DNA from: a virus
Lineage: Duplodnaviria; Caudoviricetes
Reading direction: 5' to 3' (one strand)
DNA: 60,001 nucleotides
IMG/VR virus record: IMGVR_UViG_3300036859_000134
Location: 1-60,001 of that record
Each line of letters opens with the position of its first letter. Positions within the stretch are counted from its first letter, which is position 1. The notes under the pieces are model-generated. The model saw nothing but the letters and a program-made list of their open reading frames with translations. It was not told the origin of the DNA and made no database searches. Positions 34,423-43,871 of the stretch are shown piece by piece. The position numbers were made by a program, and so were the translations under genes.

Positions 34423-34905
34423 ATGGCCTTCTTCCAAGCCAAGCAGGTGGTCGCCAACAAGGCGCTGCCGTCGCCCATCGGCGCCGACGACACCACGACC
34501 ATCGTGGGCGAGTTCGTGGTGCCTACTGGCCTCGCCAACGGCGACATCATCGAAATGGCCGGCCTACCGGTCTACGCCATCCCCGTGGACCTCACGGTGT
34601 GCGGCGACCAGGTGGACTCGAACGGCACGCCCACCGTGTCGCTCGACTGCGGCTACCTCTCGGGCAACTACGGCGCGAATGACTCCAGCCGCACCATCGG
34701 CAACGAGTTCTTCGCGGCGGACACCAGCTTCCGCAACGCCGCCGGCGGTTTCGTGCGGTCTGCCAAGAAGAACGGCTTCATGGTCACCCCGGCCACCACC
34801 GAAAAGGGTATCGGCCTGAAGCTGGCGGCCGGCGCGGCGACCCTGGTGGTCGGCGCGAAGATCCGCCTGATGGTCGCTGTGGTGGCTGCGCCGCTGGCGA
34901 TGTAA
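34423..34905 (+). CDS. Probable capsid decoration/cement protein
   Basis: Beta-rich 160 aa after MCP; GDIIEM..LP....D.D.NG.P....D.G. Confidence 0.65.
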   Translation: MAFFQAKQVVANKALPSPIGADDTTTIVGEFVVPTGLANGDIIEMAGLPVYAIPVDLTVCGDQVDSNGTPTVSLDCGYLSGNYGANDSSRTIGNEFFAADTSFRNAAGGFVRSAKKNGFMVTPATTEKGIGLKLAAGAATLVVGAKIRLMVAVVAAPLAM

Positions 34906-34909
34906 GGCG

Positions 34910-35203
34910 ATGCCGCGCAAGAAGGGCGTCAACCACGGTACGCAGCCCACCGCGGCTGCGGGCCGTGCGCCGCGCGCGCTCAAAGCCGAGGCCGTCGCAG
35001 TGTCGGACGGCCTCGCGCACACGGCCGATGAACGCGCCAAACTCAGCGCGGCCGACCGCGAGAACCCGAAGCGGCTCGCCGGCCAGGCGCTCAAGGACCT
35101 CGCTCACCAGTGGGGCATCGCGCGCAGCGAGTCCGCCGTGATGAGCGACGAGAAGCTGCGCCAGCAGCTGAACATCATCGCCCATCGCCGCTACGAGGGG
35201 TGA
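34910..35203 (+). CDS. Hypothetical protein (C-terminal helix-extension-helix-like)
   Basis: L.GQALKDLA...GI......SDEKLR.QL. Confidence 0.55.
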   Translation: MPRKKGVNHGTQPTAAAGRAPRALKAEAVAVSDGLAHTADERAKLSAADRENPKRLAGQALKDLAHQWGIARSESAVMSDEKLRQQLNIIAHRRYEG

Positions 35204-35206
35204 TCC

Positions 35207-35998
35207 ATGGCCGCAACCATCCTGGTCAAGGATGCGCTGGCCAGGGTTAGTGGCCTGCTCAACGACCTGAGCCCGCAGTACGCGCGCTGGTCCGAGGCGG
35301 AACTGGTGCGCTGGCTCAACGATGCCCAGGCGGCCGTCGCGAAGTACCTGCCGTCGGCCTCGACGCGCATCGACACGATCAAGCTTCAGCCCGGCACGCG
35401 CCAGAGCATCGCGGTCATCGCGGCTGCCGATTGCAAGCCCGGTGACGGCTCGACGCCGCAGGCGCCGATCCACGGCATCCAGCTGCTCGGCGTGGTGCGC
35501 AACATGGGCGACGACGGAGTCACGCCGGGCCGAGCTATTCGGTTCACGGACCGCGACGTGATCGATGCCGTAAACCCGCTGTGGCACACGAAGAGCGACG
35601 CGACGGTGCGCAGCGCGAGCTTCAAGCCGACGTCGCCGAAGACCTTCTACGTGTCGCCCGGCGTGGCGGGCGAGGTGTGGGCCGAGGTCGAGTACCTGGC
35701 CATGCCGCTGCTCATCCCTGCCGGCGGCGCGCCAGGCTTGGAGATCTATGCGGTCGGCGGCACCAACAACAGCACCGAAAAGCTGACGATCGACGACGAG
35801 AACATCGACGAGGTCGTGTACTACACCGTCGCCCGCGCGCACATGACCGATGCGAAGTGGGCTGATCGCGGTGTGGCGCAGGCCTACACGGGGATGTTCA
35901 CGGCGTCCATCAACGCACGCGTCGCCGTGCTCACCGGCACGAACCCGAACCTGACGCGGCTCCCGTTCGCGCCACAACCCGTGGGAGCGGCGCAGTGA
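35207..35998 (+). CDS. Head-tail adaptor-like virion protein
   Basis: L.D.....RWSE.EL..WLNDAQ...L.PGTRQ...LL.VVRN...LD..NP.WH...FYV.P. Confidence 0.7.
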   Translation: MAATILVKDALARVSGLLNDLSPQYARWSEAELVRWLNDAQAAVAKYLPSASTRIDTIKLQPGTRQSIAVIAAADCKPGDGSTPQAPIHGIQLLGVVRNMGDDGVTPGRAIRFTDRDVIDAVNPLWHTKSDATVRSASFKPTSPKTFYVSPGVAGEVWAEVEYLAMPLLIPAGGAPGLEIYAVGGTNNSTEKLTIDDENIDEVVYYTVARAHMTDAKWADRGVAQAYTGMFTASINARVAVLTGTNPNLTRLPFAPQPVGAAQ

Positions 35999-36603
35999 CC
36001 TACGACGACTTCCTTCCCTACGTGTTGCTCGGGGTTCCTGGGTGCCCGGACGAGCTGGCGATCCAGCACATCCGGCTCGCGGCGATCGAGTTCTGCGCGC
36101 GCACGCTTGTGTGGACCGATGAGACGGATCCGCTGCCGTCGGTCGCCGATGTGTCGTCGTATGCGATCAAGCCGCCGGACGACGCGGAGATCGCGAAGCT
36201 GCTCACCGTGTGGGTGGGGACGAGCGAGTTCGAGGTGATCACGCCCAGCACCGCGCGCACGCTTATCCGCCGCGGCTCGGCGCGCGAGTTCGCCTACAGC
36301 GACCGCTCGAACGTGATCCTCTCGGCCGCGCCGGCAACGGTGGGCACGCCGATCGTGTGCGAGGCCGCCTTCAAGCCAACGATCGAGTCGTTCGAAGTCC
36401 CCGACATGCTGGTCCCGTACACCAGCGACATCGCCTGGGGTGCGATGTCCTCGCTCAAGCGCATGAGCAAGAGGGACTGGAGCGACGTGGCCTCCGCTGC
36501 GCTGGACCGCGGCACCTTCGACGCGCGCATCGCGACGATCGCCATCCAGGTCGCCAAGGGTTTCAGCACCGCCCGGCAGAAGACGCGGGCCCGCTTCTAC
36601 TGA
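35995..36603 (+). CDS. Adaptor/tail tubular A-like protein
   Basis: F.PYV...VPGCP......IR.AAIEFC..T.VW...KPT...P....Y...IA.GA...L. Confidence 0.7.
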   Translation: MTYDDFLPYVLLGVPGCPDELAIQHIRLAAIEFCARTLVWTDETDPLPSVADVSSYAIKPPDDAEIAKLLTVWVGTSEFEVITPSTARTLIRRGSAREFAYSDRSNVILSAAPATVGTPIVCEAAFKPTIESFEVPDMLVPYTSDIAWGAMSSLKRMSKRDWSDVASAALDRGTFDARIATIAIQVAKGFSTARQKTRARFY

Positions 36604-36613
36604 GGGCGGACCC

Positions 36614-38221
36614 ATGCGCATCGCGATCACCGGATTCAGGGGCGCGAACAAGGCACTGCACGCGAAGCTGCTGCCTGACACCGGTGTGGGCGCCGAGTCG
36701 CTCAACCAGAAGCCGGGCCGCGGCGACCTGCGGCCGTGGAACGTGCCCCTGCAGGTGGCCACCGTGCCCAACCTCGTCCAGCGCAAGACGATCTACCGCA
36801 TGGGCCGCGACGTGCCGAACGACGCCAGCTACTGGCTGTCGTGGACCACGCCGGTGCACGCGATGCGCGGCTTCAACGCGACGGACACCACCGAGAAGAC
36901 CTACTACACAGGCGACGGGCCGCCGAAGTGGACGGACAACACCAAGGCGCTGGCCAGCGCGCCGTACCCGACGGCGTGGCGGCTGCTCGGCGTGCCCGCC
37001 CCGACGACCCAGTGCGTGCTGGCGATCAACACGAACGGCACCGGCACCGACGAAACGCGGTTCTACGTGCACACTTTCGTGACGGACGAGGGCGAGGAAT
37101 CGGCGCCGAGCCCGGTGAGCGCATCGCTCACCTGCAAGCCGGGCGCGATCATCGACATCACCAACCTGCCCGATGCTCCGGCCGGCAGCTACGGCATCAA
37201 CCGCCGGCGCATCTACCGCACACAGGTCGGAAAGACATCGACCGAGTTCTACTTCCTGCGCGAGGTGGCGATTGGCGTCACCAGCACGCAGGACGACGCG
37301 CGGGCGCTGGGTGAGGTGCCGCCGACAGCTACGTGGGCGATCCCACCTGTCGACGGCCACGGCCTCATCCCGCTGTGGAACGGCATGGCATCGATGGTGT
37401 CCGGCAAGTCGATCCGCTACTGCGTGCCCAACACGCTGTACGCATGGCCGCTCGACTACGAGCTGCTCACCAACGACACCATCGTCGGCCAGGCCGCTTA
37501 CGGCCAGACGCAGGTGGTGCTGACGACCGGCTCGGCCTACACGGTGACAGGACAGGAGCCGTCGAGCATGAGCCAGATGGATCTCGACGGTGGGTTCGCG
37601 TGCGTGTCGGAAGCATCGATCGTGTCGGTCAAGCACGGCATCGTGTGGGCGTCGCCGGATGGCCTGGCCTACACCGGCACGGCCGGGCCGACCCGGCTGC
37701 TCACGTCGGGCCTGCTGATGCCGGAGGACTGGCGCGCGCTGGCGCCGACCACCATCGTCGGCTGCCAGTTCGCCGGCCTGTACTTCGGCTTCTACAACGA
37801 CGGATCGGGGCTGAAGGGCTTCATCATCGACCCGATCGACCCGCAGGGCATCTACTTCCTCTCGACGGGCTACAACGCCGCGTTCTTCGACACGATCACG
37901 AACGCGCTGTACGTGCTCGATGGCGGGAACATCAAGAAGTGGGACGCCGATACGTCGCTGATGGTGGCGTCGTTCAAGTCGAAGGTGCACCGCGCGCCGA
38001 ACCCGACGAACTTCGCGGTAGCCCAGGTGGTTGCCGACGCGTTTCCGGTGACGGTGAAGCTCTATGCAGACGGTGCGCTGAAGATCACGAAGACCGTGGC
38101 CGATGGTTCCCCATGGAACCTGCCCAAGGACTTCCTCGCCGACGACTGGCAGGTCGAGGTCAGCTGCGCCGGCGCGGTGCAGGGCGTGATGCTCGGCGAG
38201 ACGGTGGATGACCTCGAATGA
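36614..38221 (+). CDS. Tail nozzle / tubular B-like (stabilisation) protein
   Basis: Beta-rich 535 aa; YV.TFV...GEESAPSP, RIYRT, YAWP..Y, CVS..SIV, WASPDGL; podovirus position. Confidence 0.75.
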   Translation: MRIAITGFRGANKALHAKLLPDTGVGAESLNQKPGRGDLRPWNVPLQVATVPNLVQRKTIYRMGRDVPNDASYWLSWTTPVHAMRGFNATDTTEKTYYTGDGPPKWTDNTKALASAPYPTAWRLLGVPAPTTQCVLAINTNGTGTDETRFYVHTFVTDEGEESAPSPVSASLTCKPGAIIDITNLPDAPAGSYGINRRRIYRTQVGKTSTEFYFLREVAIGVTSTQDDARALGEVPPTATWAIPPVDGHGLIPLWNGMASMVSGKSIRYCVPNTLYAWPLDYELLTNDTIVGQAAYGQTQVVLTTGSAYTVTGQEPSSMSQMDLDGGFACVSEASIVSVKHGIVWASPDGLAYTGTAGPTRLLTSGLLMPEDWRALAPTTIVGCQFAGLYFGFYNDGSGLKGFIIDPIDPQGIYFLSTGYNAAFFDTITNALYVLDGGNIKKWDADTSLMVASFKSKVHRAPNPTNFAVAQVVADAFPVTVKLYADGALKITKTVADGSPWNLPKDFLADDWQVEVSCAGAVQGVMLGETVDDLE

Positions 38222-40839
38222 GCGTCAAGGACCTGCCGGCGCTCGTCGGGCCTGACAACATCTCGCTGTTCCTGCAGCGCCTGGAGGCGATGCGCGAGCG
38301 CGTTCAGGTGCTGGGCGGGCACCGCGGCGATCAACTCGACCATGCCATCACCTGGCGCGACGCGATCGCGAGCGGGCTCGCTACTGTGGAATTCAAGCCG
38401 GGGGGGTCTGGTGCGCCAGGCCCCGCGGGCACGCCAGGCCCTGCGGGTCCGCCGGGAACCGGGCCGACACCGGACCTGACGCCGCCGCCGACGCCGACAG
38501 GTCTTCAGACCACGGCCACCTTCTCGAACATCATCATCGAGTGGGACCCCGCGACCTACACCCAGGGCCACGGCCACGGGCAGACGAACATCTACGGCGC
38601 GACCTGGAACGGCACCGGCACACCCCCGACGTTCGCCGATGCGGTGATGATCGGCTCGGCGCCCGGGGCGCTGACGATCTACGCGCACCCGACAGCGCTC
38701 GGCGTCAACTGGCACATCTGGATCAAGTGGCAGACCAAGGACGGTGTCGAGTCGACGTCACCCGCCGGCGGCACGAATGGCTCCGAGGCCACGACGGGGA
38801 AGATCGGTACCGCCGACCTCGGGTCGCTGATCGTTCAGGCGACGAACCTCGCGAACGGTTCCGTGACAGCGGCCAAGATCGCGGCGGCCGCGGTAGACAA
38901 GACGAAGTTCGCCTCCGGCATCACGCCGGTGGAGATCCTCGACGTGTTGCCCACCATCGGCAACTTCCGGGGCCGCACTGCTCTGCTGACGACCGACAAC
39001 AAGCTCTACCGGTTCAACGGCACGGCATGGACGAAGGCGGTGGACGGTGCCGATCTCGTGGTCAATTCCGTGACCACGGGATCGATCGCCGCGGGGGCGA
39101 TCAAGGCGCAGCAGATCGATGTCGGCGCGATCATCGCTTCCAAGCTGGTGGTCCAGAACAGAGACGCTGCTGACCCGGACCCAGCCTTCTATGACGTGTC
39201 GTTCTGGACAAACGGCGGCGCGGCGTATCCGCCGGGGGTCGGGGTCGGCGAAAACGTTGGCTGGCCCGTGAAGCGCACGCTGGTGTTTGCCAGCACCGGC
39301 GGCAACTTCGACTTCACGACCCAGTTTTTCCCCATGGAACTGGGCGCGACCTATCGTTTCAAGGTCACGATGTTCGTGGCGTCTGCGGTCGGTGGGGAGT
39401 TCTCGGCGTACGCCCATTTCCCGCAGCAGGTGTGGTTCCCGCTGGGGGCCACGTCCGGTACCAGCGCTGTCACCGGGCTCCCGAAGTTCAACCTCTCGAC
39501 GCGAGACGTCTGGTACACCTTCACCGGCACATACACCAACAGCGCCACGCTGCTGAGCACGGTAAATCCGAACAACAGGACGCAGTTCCGGTTCGCCGGC
39601 AACCTGACTGGCGGCAATCTCCACATCGCCATCGAGATGGTCCGCGTCGCCGACGCGGATCTGATTGTTGACGGCGCCGTCATCGCCAGCAAGATCGCTG
39701 CAGGCGCCATCGCTGTCGGCTCCGCGGCCATCGAGAACGGCGCGATCCGCAACGCGCTGATCGCGAACCTCGCGGTCGACGACGCCAAGATCGCGAGCAT
39801 GAGCGTGGCCAAGCTCATCGCAGGGTCAATCTCGGTCGGCGCGTACATCCAGAGCACGAACTACGTCAGCGGATCAGCAGGCTGGCGCATCGACGGCGCA
39901 GGTGGTGCCGAGTTCTCGTTCGGCATGATCCGCGGCACGCTGCTCGCATCGCAGGTCTCGGCGAACCTGATCACCGCCACGATGATCGACAGCCGCAACC
40001 TGACGATCAAGGACGGCAGCGGGAACATCATCTTCGGTGCCAGCCAGAACCTGGATTGGGGGCGCATCGCAGGAGCGGCCAAGCCCCAGGGCTGGCGGGT
40101 TGTCTCCCAAGGGCTGGGCGCAACAGGTGTTCCTGCCGGGGCGGGGCTCTACAACGCAGACACGGGCGCACAGGTGTTTGGGGCCGTTCGCTCCTACATG
40201 CTGGCGCAATGGCGCCGCAGTGACGGTGCGCTCGATTTCGCGCAGACCTATGACGTGTACAACAGCGGGGAGGTAACGGCGGGCCGTGGCGCAGCGCAGC
40301 TGGCGGCCCAGATGAACCTCATCGCCTCCGACCACATCTTTGCGCTGTACACCTTTGACGAGCCGGCAAATCTTCGTCTCACTGGGGGCTTGCCTGCCGC
40401 GATCTATCGCTGCGGTGGCACGCCGGGGAAGTTCGAGAGCACCGGATTCGCGGGCCGGGGCGCCTACCTGCTGATCGGCATCGGTGGCTGCGGACCCGGC
40501 AATGCCTTCTATGAGGGCTACGCAGGAAGCGGTGCGGACACCGGCGGCGACGGCCCGGACAACGCTTGGCTCGATGTCACCTTCTACATCGCCAACGGCA
40601 ACCCGATCGTCAGCGGCGCGGGGCTCGGCGGGTTCCAGATCAACGGCAGCAACATCAGCACCTACATCGCGTCGGCTGCGATCAGTGCGGCGTACATCTC
40701 TAGCCTCAGCGTCGGCCTGCTCTCGACGGCCATCAACGGTGGCGCAAGCAGTGGCGCACGGATCGAGATGGCCTCGAACGTGATCAAGGTCTTCGACTCC
40801 AGCAACGTTGTTCGCGTGAAGCTGGGCAACCTCGCGTGA
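38218..40839 (+). CDS. Tail fibre / host-specificity protein
   Basis: Collagen-like GAPGPAGTPGPAGPPG, FN3-like region, I.A..I.A..I repeats, CBM-like insert, ILEI-like domain, C-terminal VRVKLGNL. Confidence 0.8.
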   Translation: MSVKDLPALVGPDNISLFLQRLEAMRERVQVLGGHRGDQLDHAITWRDAIASGLATVEFKPGGSGAPGPAGTPGPAGPPGTGPTPDLTPPPTPTGLQTTATFSNIIIEWDPATYTQGHGHGQTNIYGATWNGTGTPPTFADAVMIGSAPGALTIYAHPTALGVNWHIWIKWQTKDGVESTSPAGGTNGSEATTGKIGTADLGSLIVQATNLANGSVTAAKIAAAAVDKTKFASGITPVEILDVLPTIGNFRGRTALLTTDNKLYRFNGTAWTKAVDGADLVVNSVTTGSIAAGAIKAQQIDVGAIIASKLVVQNRDAADPDPAFYDVSFWTNGGAAYPPGVGVGENVGWPVKRTLVFASTGGNFDFTTQFFPMELGATYRFKVTMFVASAVGGEFSAYAHFPQQVWFPLGATSGTSAVTGLPKFNLSTRDVWYTFTGTYTNSATLLSTVNPNNRTQFRFAGNLTGGNLHIAIEMVRVADADLIVDGAVIASKIAAGAIAVGSAAIENGAIRNALIANLAVDDAKIASMSVAKLIAGSISVGAYIQSTNYVSGSAGWRIDGAGGAEFSFGMIRGTLLASQVSANLITATMIDSRNLTIKDGSGNIIFGASQNLDWGRIAGAAKPQGWRVVSQGLGATGVPAGAGLYNADTGAQVFGAVRSYMLAQWRRSDGALDFAQTYDVYNSGEVTAGRGAAQLAAQMNLIASDHIFALYTFDEPANLRLTGGLPAAIYRCGGTPGKFESTGFAGRGAYLLIGIGGCGPGNAFYEGYAGSGADTGGDGPDNAWLDVTFYIANGNPIVSGAGLGGFQINGSNISTYIASAAISAAYISSLSVGLLSTAINGGASSGARIEMASNVIKVFDSSNVVRVKLGNLA

Positions 40840-40840
40840 C

Positions 40841-41107
40841 ATGGCATTCGGGCTGCAGATCCTCGGACCCTCTGGACAGGTCTGGTTCGACTCGAACGAC
40901 GCCACGGGAGGCGTGCCCGTCGGGCTGCACGCCGGCTCGAGCTCGTTCACCAACACGTACCCCTCACTGGCGGGCCGCACGCTCGAAGTGCTGGCAATGT
41001 CCCTCGGTGGCACGGATGGCGTGACGGTGGACCACTCCCTGGGTTATCCGCGGATGACCGTCTCGGTGGGCGATGCGTCGCGCGTCTGGCTGGCGGTGGT
41101 GCGCTGA
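40841..41107 (+). CDS. Tail-associated protein
   Basis: MAFGLQI....G...FDS motif. Confidence 0.7.
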   Translation: MAFGLQILGPSGQVWFDSNDATGGVPVGLHAGSSSFTNTYPSLAGRTLEVLAMSLGGTDGVTVDHSLGYPRMTVSVGDASRVWLAVVR

Positions 41108-41850
41108 TGGCGTTCGGTCTTCAGGTCGAGAACCCGCTAGGCAACCTGGTGGTGAGCACCGAGGGCTTCGGCGCCAACTACATCGGCAAGGCTTCGTATC
41201 TCTCCGACGTGCAAGCCTTCACGCCTGTCGGCGGAGCCGGAACGTACACCAACCACAAGAAGTACCGCATCACCACCACCACCTCGGCCATCGCGGTATT
41301 CCTCAAGCTGACCAGCAACAAGTGCGGGGTCACCGAGATCGTGCACAGCGGCGACAACTGGGACATCACGGTCTTCAACGAGGGGGCAGGAGGTGGGACC
41401 TACGGCTTCGGCACCCAAGCCGCGGCGGACGTGTACTGCTTTGCGCGGCCGACATCGACGTCGGCCTATGGCCTGGCCTTGTACGACGGCGCCGGCAATC
41501 TCGCGTACGACATCGGCGGCCCGCAGCCACCGCTGTTCTTCAAGCACCGCCTCGCGATGGCTGCAAACGTCAACAGCGCGGCGATGCCCTCGGGCTATAC
41601 GACGCCAGCATTCCTCATCTGCTCGGCCGGGTTCAACGATCCCGCGCAGGTGTTGATCGATGCCGGCCTGGGTCGCTATCGCGCCGACGCCTACGTGTAC
41701 GGCGTGGCGCTCAGCGGCGGAAACATCGTTCGCCAGAGCGCGAAGGTGCGCTACGGCGAGGTGGCCGACTACGGCGCTGAGTCGCCACCCACCGGAGACG
41801 AGCCGGCCGCCGTCTCCCTGTACCTCATCGAGGCCGGCGGACTCACCTGA
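41107..41850 (+). CDS. Tail-associated protein
   Basis: MAFGLQV.N..G and internal YGL.LYD.AG...YD repeat. Confidence 0.7.
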   Translation: MAFGLQVENPLGNLVVSTEGFGANYIGKASYLSDVQAFTPVGGAGTYTNHKKYRITTTTSAIAVFLKLTSNKCGVTEIVHSGDNWDITVFNEGAGGGTYGFGTQAAADVYCFARPTSTSAYGLALYDGAGNLAYDIGGPQPPLFFKHRLAMAANVNSAAMPSGYTTPAFLICSAGFNDPAQVLIDAGLGRYRADAYVYGVALSGGNIVRQSAKVRYGEVADYGAESPPTGDEPAAVSLYLIEAGGLT

Positions 41851-41943
41851 TGGCCATGTTCTGGGCCTGTATCGGTCCTCCGAAACGGGATGGCCACCGG
41901 CAGACTGCTTCGCGCCCGATCAATGACAACTCCAGGAGCCGCC

Positions 41944-42108
41944 ATGACTCTGCGTAGCCTCATTCTCGTCACTGTGTTTTGCCTCACCGCCTGCGGTGGT
42001 GGCGGCAGTGACAACCAGATCGAAGCCAGCAAGGCCTGCAAGGCCGGCCCCAAGCAGGACTTGGTGGCGACGCCGTCAGACGGCGACCAGCTGCCGCCCT
42101 GCATTTGA
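41944..42108 (+). CDS. Small lipoprotein
   Basis: AGGAG RBS; MTLRSLILVTVFCLTA-C lipobox, GGGG linker, two further Cys. Confidence 0.7.
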   Translation: MTLRSLILVTVFCLTACGGGGSDNQIEASKACKAGPKQDLVATPSDGDQLPPCI

Positions 42109-42189
42109 CGGCCGCGCATCCGCCGTTGAAATCAGCGGGACGGCGGATAGCGTAGGGGCGAGCCCGGCACCGGGCGTCAAGGCCCGCCC

Positions 42190-42789
42190 GTGATCGACCT
42201 GCACCTGTTCCGCCGCGCTGCTGCTGCCCACCTGGGGCAGATGCTGACACCCGAGGTGGCGGCGCAGATCGAGATGGCCTGCCGCATCGTGCGCGCGCCC
42301 GTCGACCTCGAAGCGCTCGGCAGCGAAACGCACGGGGACTACGTGCTGCGCGCCGAGCGGATGGCCGACATCCTCGACGAACTGCACCCGCTGCACGTCG
42401 CGCACTGGCAGGAGACCGAGAAGCACCGCCACGGCCTGCCGCTTGAGCCGGACTACGACTACATGCTCGGGCGCGAGCGCGACGGGACCATGGTGCAGTT
42501 CACGCTGCGCCGCGGTGGTGTTCTCGTCGGCAACCTCCGCATGTACCTGGGCCTGTCGCGCCACAGCGGCACTCGGTTTGCGCAGGAGGACACGTTCTAC
42601 GTCATGCCGGAGCACCGCAAGGGCCTGCTGGCCATCCGCTTCTGGCAGTTCATGGAGCGGGCGGTCCGAGCGCTCGGTGCGGTCGAGATCCGCACCGACT
42701 CGAAGTTGATCAACAGGGTGAACAGGCTCAACGAGTACCTCGGGTACACGCCGGTCGCCACGAAATTCGTCAAGGTCTTTCAGGAGTAG
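42190..42789 (+). CDS. GNAT-family acetyltransferase-like protein
   Basis: G.LVG...Y.....H......EDTFYV.PEHRKG.......E......G.....K.......LGY. Confidence 0.75.
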   Translation: MIDLHLFRRAAAAHLGQMLTPEVAAQIEMACRIVRAPVDLEALGSETHGDYVLRAERMADILDELHPLHVAHWQETEKHRHGLPLEPDYDYMLGRERDGTMVQFTLRRGGVLVGNLRMYLGLSRHSGTRFAQEDTFYVMPEHRKGLLAIRFWQFMERAVRALGAVEIRTDSKLINRVNRLNEYLGYTPVATKFVKVFQE

Positions 42790-42793
42790 GCCC

Positions 42794-43870
42794 ATGTGCT
42801 CGGACGCCCCGGACACCAGCGGAATAAACGCCGCGGCCCAAGCGAACGCAGCGATCGCCAAGGAAGCGCTCGACTGGTACAAGCAGGAGTACGCGAGGAC
42901 CGCGCCTCAGCGAGACGAGGCAGCCGTGAAGGCAGGCGAGGTCACCGACGCGCAGATCGCGTCGATGAAGCAGCAGAGCGAGCTCGCCCAAGACTACGCC
43001 GACTACAACAAGTCCACCTTCAGACCGCTCGAGCAGGGCATCGTCACGGACGCCCAGAGCTACGACACCGATGCGCGCCGCGAGGCGGCTGCGGCCAGCG
43101 CGACGGCCGACGTGCGCACCGCGATGTCGAACGCGCAGGGCGCCACGACTCGCGCGCTCAATCGCATGAACGTGAACCCGGCTGCTGGCCGGGCCGTGTC
43201 AATGCAGAACGCGCTCGCGCTGGAGGGCGCCAAGGCCGAGGCCGGTGCCGCGACGAACGCGCGCCAGACGGTGGAAGCCACCGGCCGCGCGATGAAGATG
43301 GACGCGGCGAGCCTCGGGCGCAATCTGCCGTCGGCGCAGGCCACTGCCATCCAGACCGGCACGAATGCAGGCAACAGCGCTGTCGGCGCGTCGAACGCCA
43401 GCCTCGCAGCGTCGCAATCCGGCGCGGCAATGATGGGCCAGGGCTTCAACACCGCCATCGGCGCCAACCAGAGCGCTGGCAGCCTGTACGGCACGGCCGG
43501 GTCGCTGACGAATCAGGCGCGCGGCCAGGACCTGGAGTTCATGAGCAGCGTCTTCGGCTCGGCGATGAAGAGCGACCGCAGGGTCAAGACGGGCACCGGC
43601 AAGCGCAAGAGTGGCGCGTCGATGCTCAAGGCCATCGAGGACACGCCGGTGCACGAGGGCTGGCGCTACGACACGGCCAAGGGAGGCCCCGACGACGGCG
43701 GCCAGCCACACGACGGGCCTATGGCCCAGGACGTGAAGAAGACGATGGGCGAGGAGGCCGCACCGGGCGGCACGGACATCGATCCGATCACCGTGCAGGG
43801 CAACCTCATCGGCGCCGTGCAGGAACTCAGCAAGCGGGTCGGCCGCATGCAGAAAGCAATGGGGCGCTGA
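42794..43870 (+). CDS. Probable ejection/internal virion protein with C-terminal S74-like chaperone domain
   Basis: A/G/N/Q-rich helical body; SDRRVK...W.Y...GPMAQDV...AVQELSKRV. Confidence 0.7.
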   Translation: MCSDAPDTSGINAAAQANAAIAKEALDWYKQEYARTAPQRDEAAVKAGEVTDAQIASMKQQSELAQDYADYNKSTFRPLEQGIVTDAQSYDTDARREAAAASATADVRTAMSNAQGATTRALNRMNVNPAAGRAVSMQNALALEGAKAEAGAATNARQTVEATGRAMKMDAASLGRNLPSAQATAIQTGTNAGNSAVGASNASLAASQSGAAMMGQGFNTAIGANQSAGSLYGTAGSLTNQARGQDLEFMSSVFGSAMKSDRRVKTGTGKRKSGASMLKAIEDTPVHEGWRYDTAKGGPDDGGQPHDGPMAQDVKKTMGEEAAPGGTDIDPITVQGNLIGAVQELSKRVGRMQKAMGR

Positions 43871-43871
43871 C

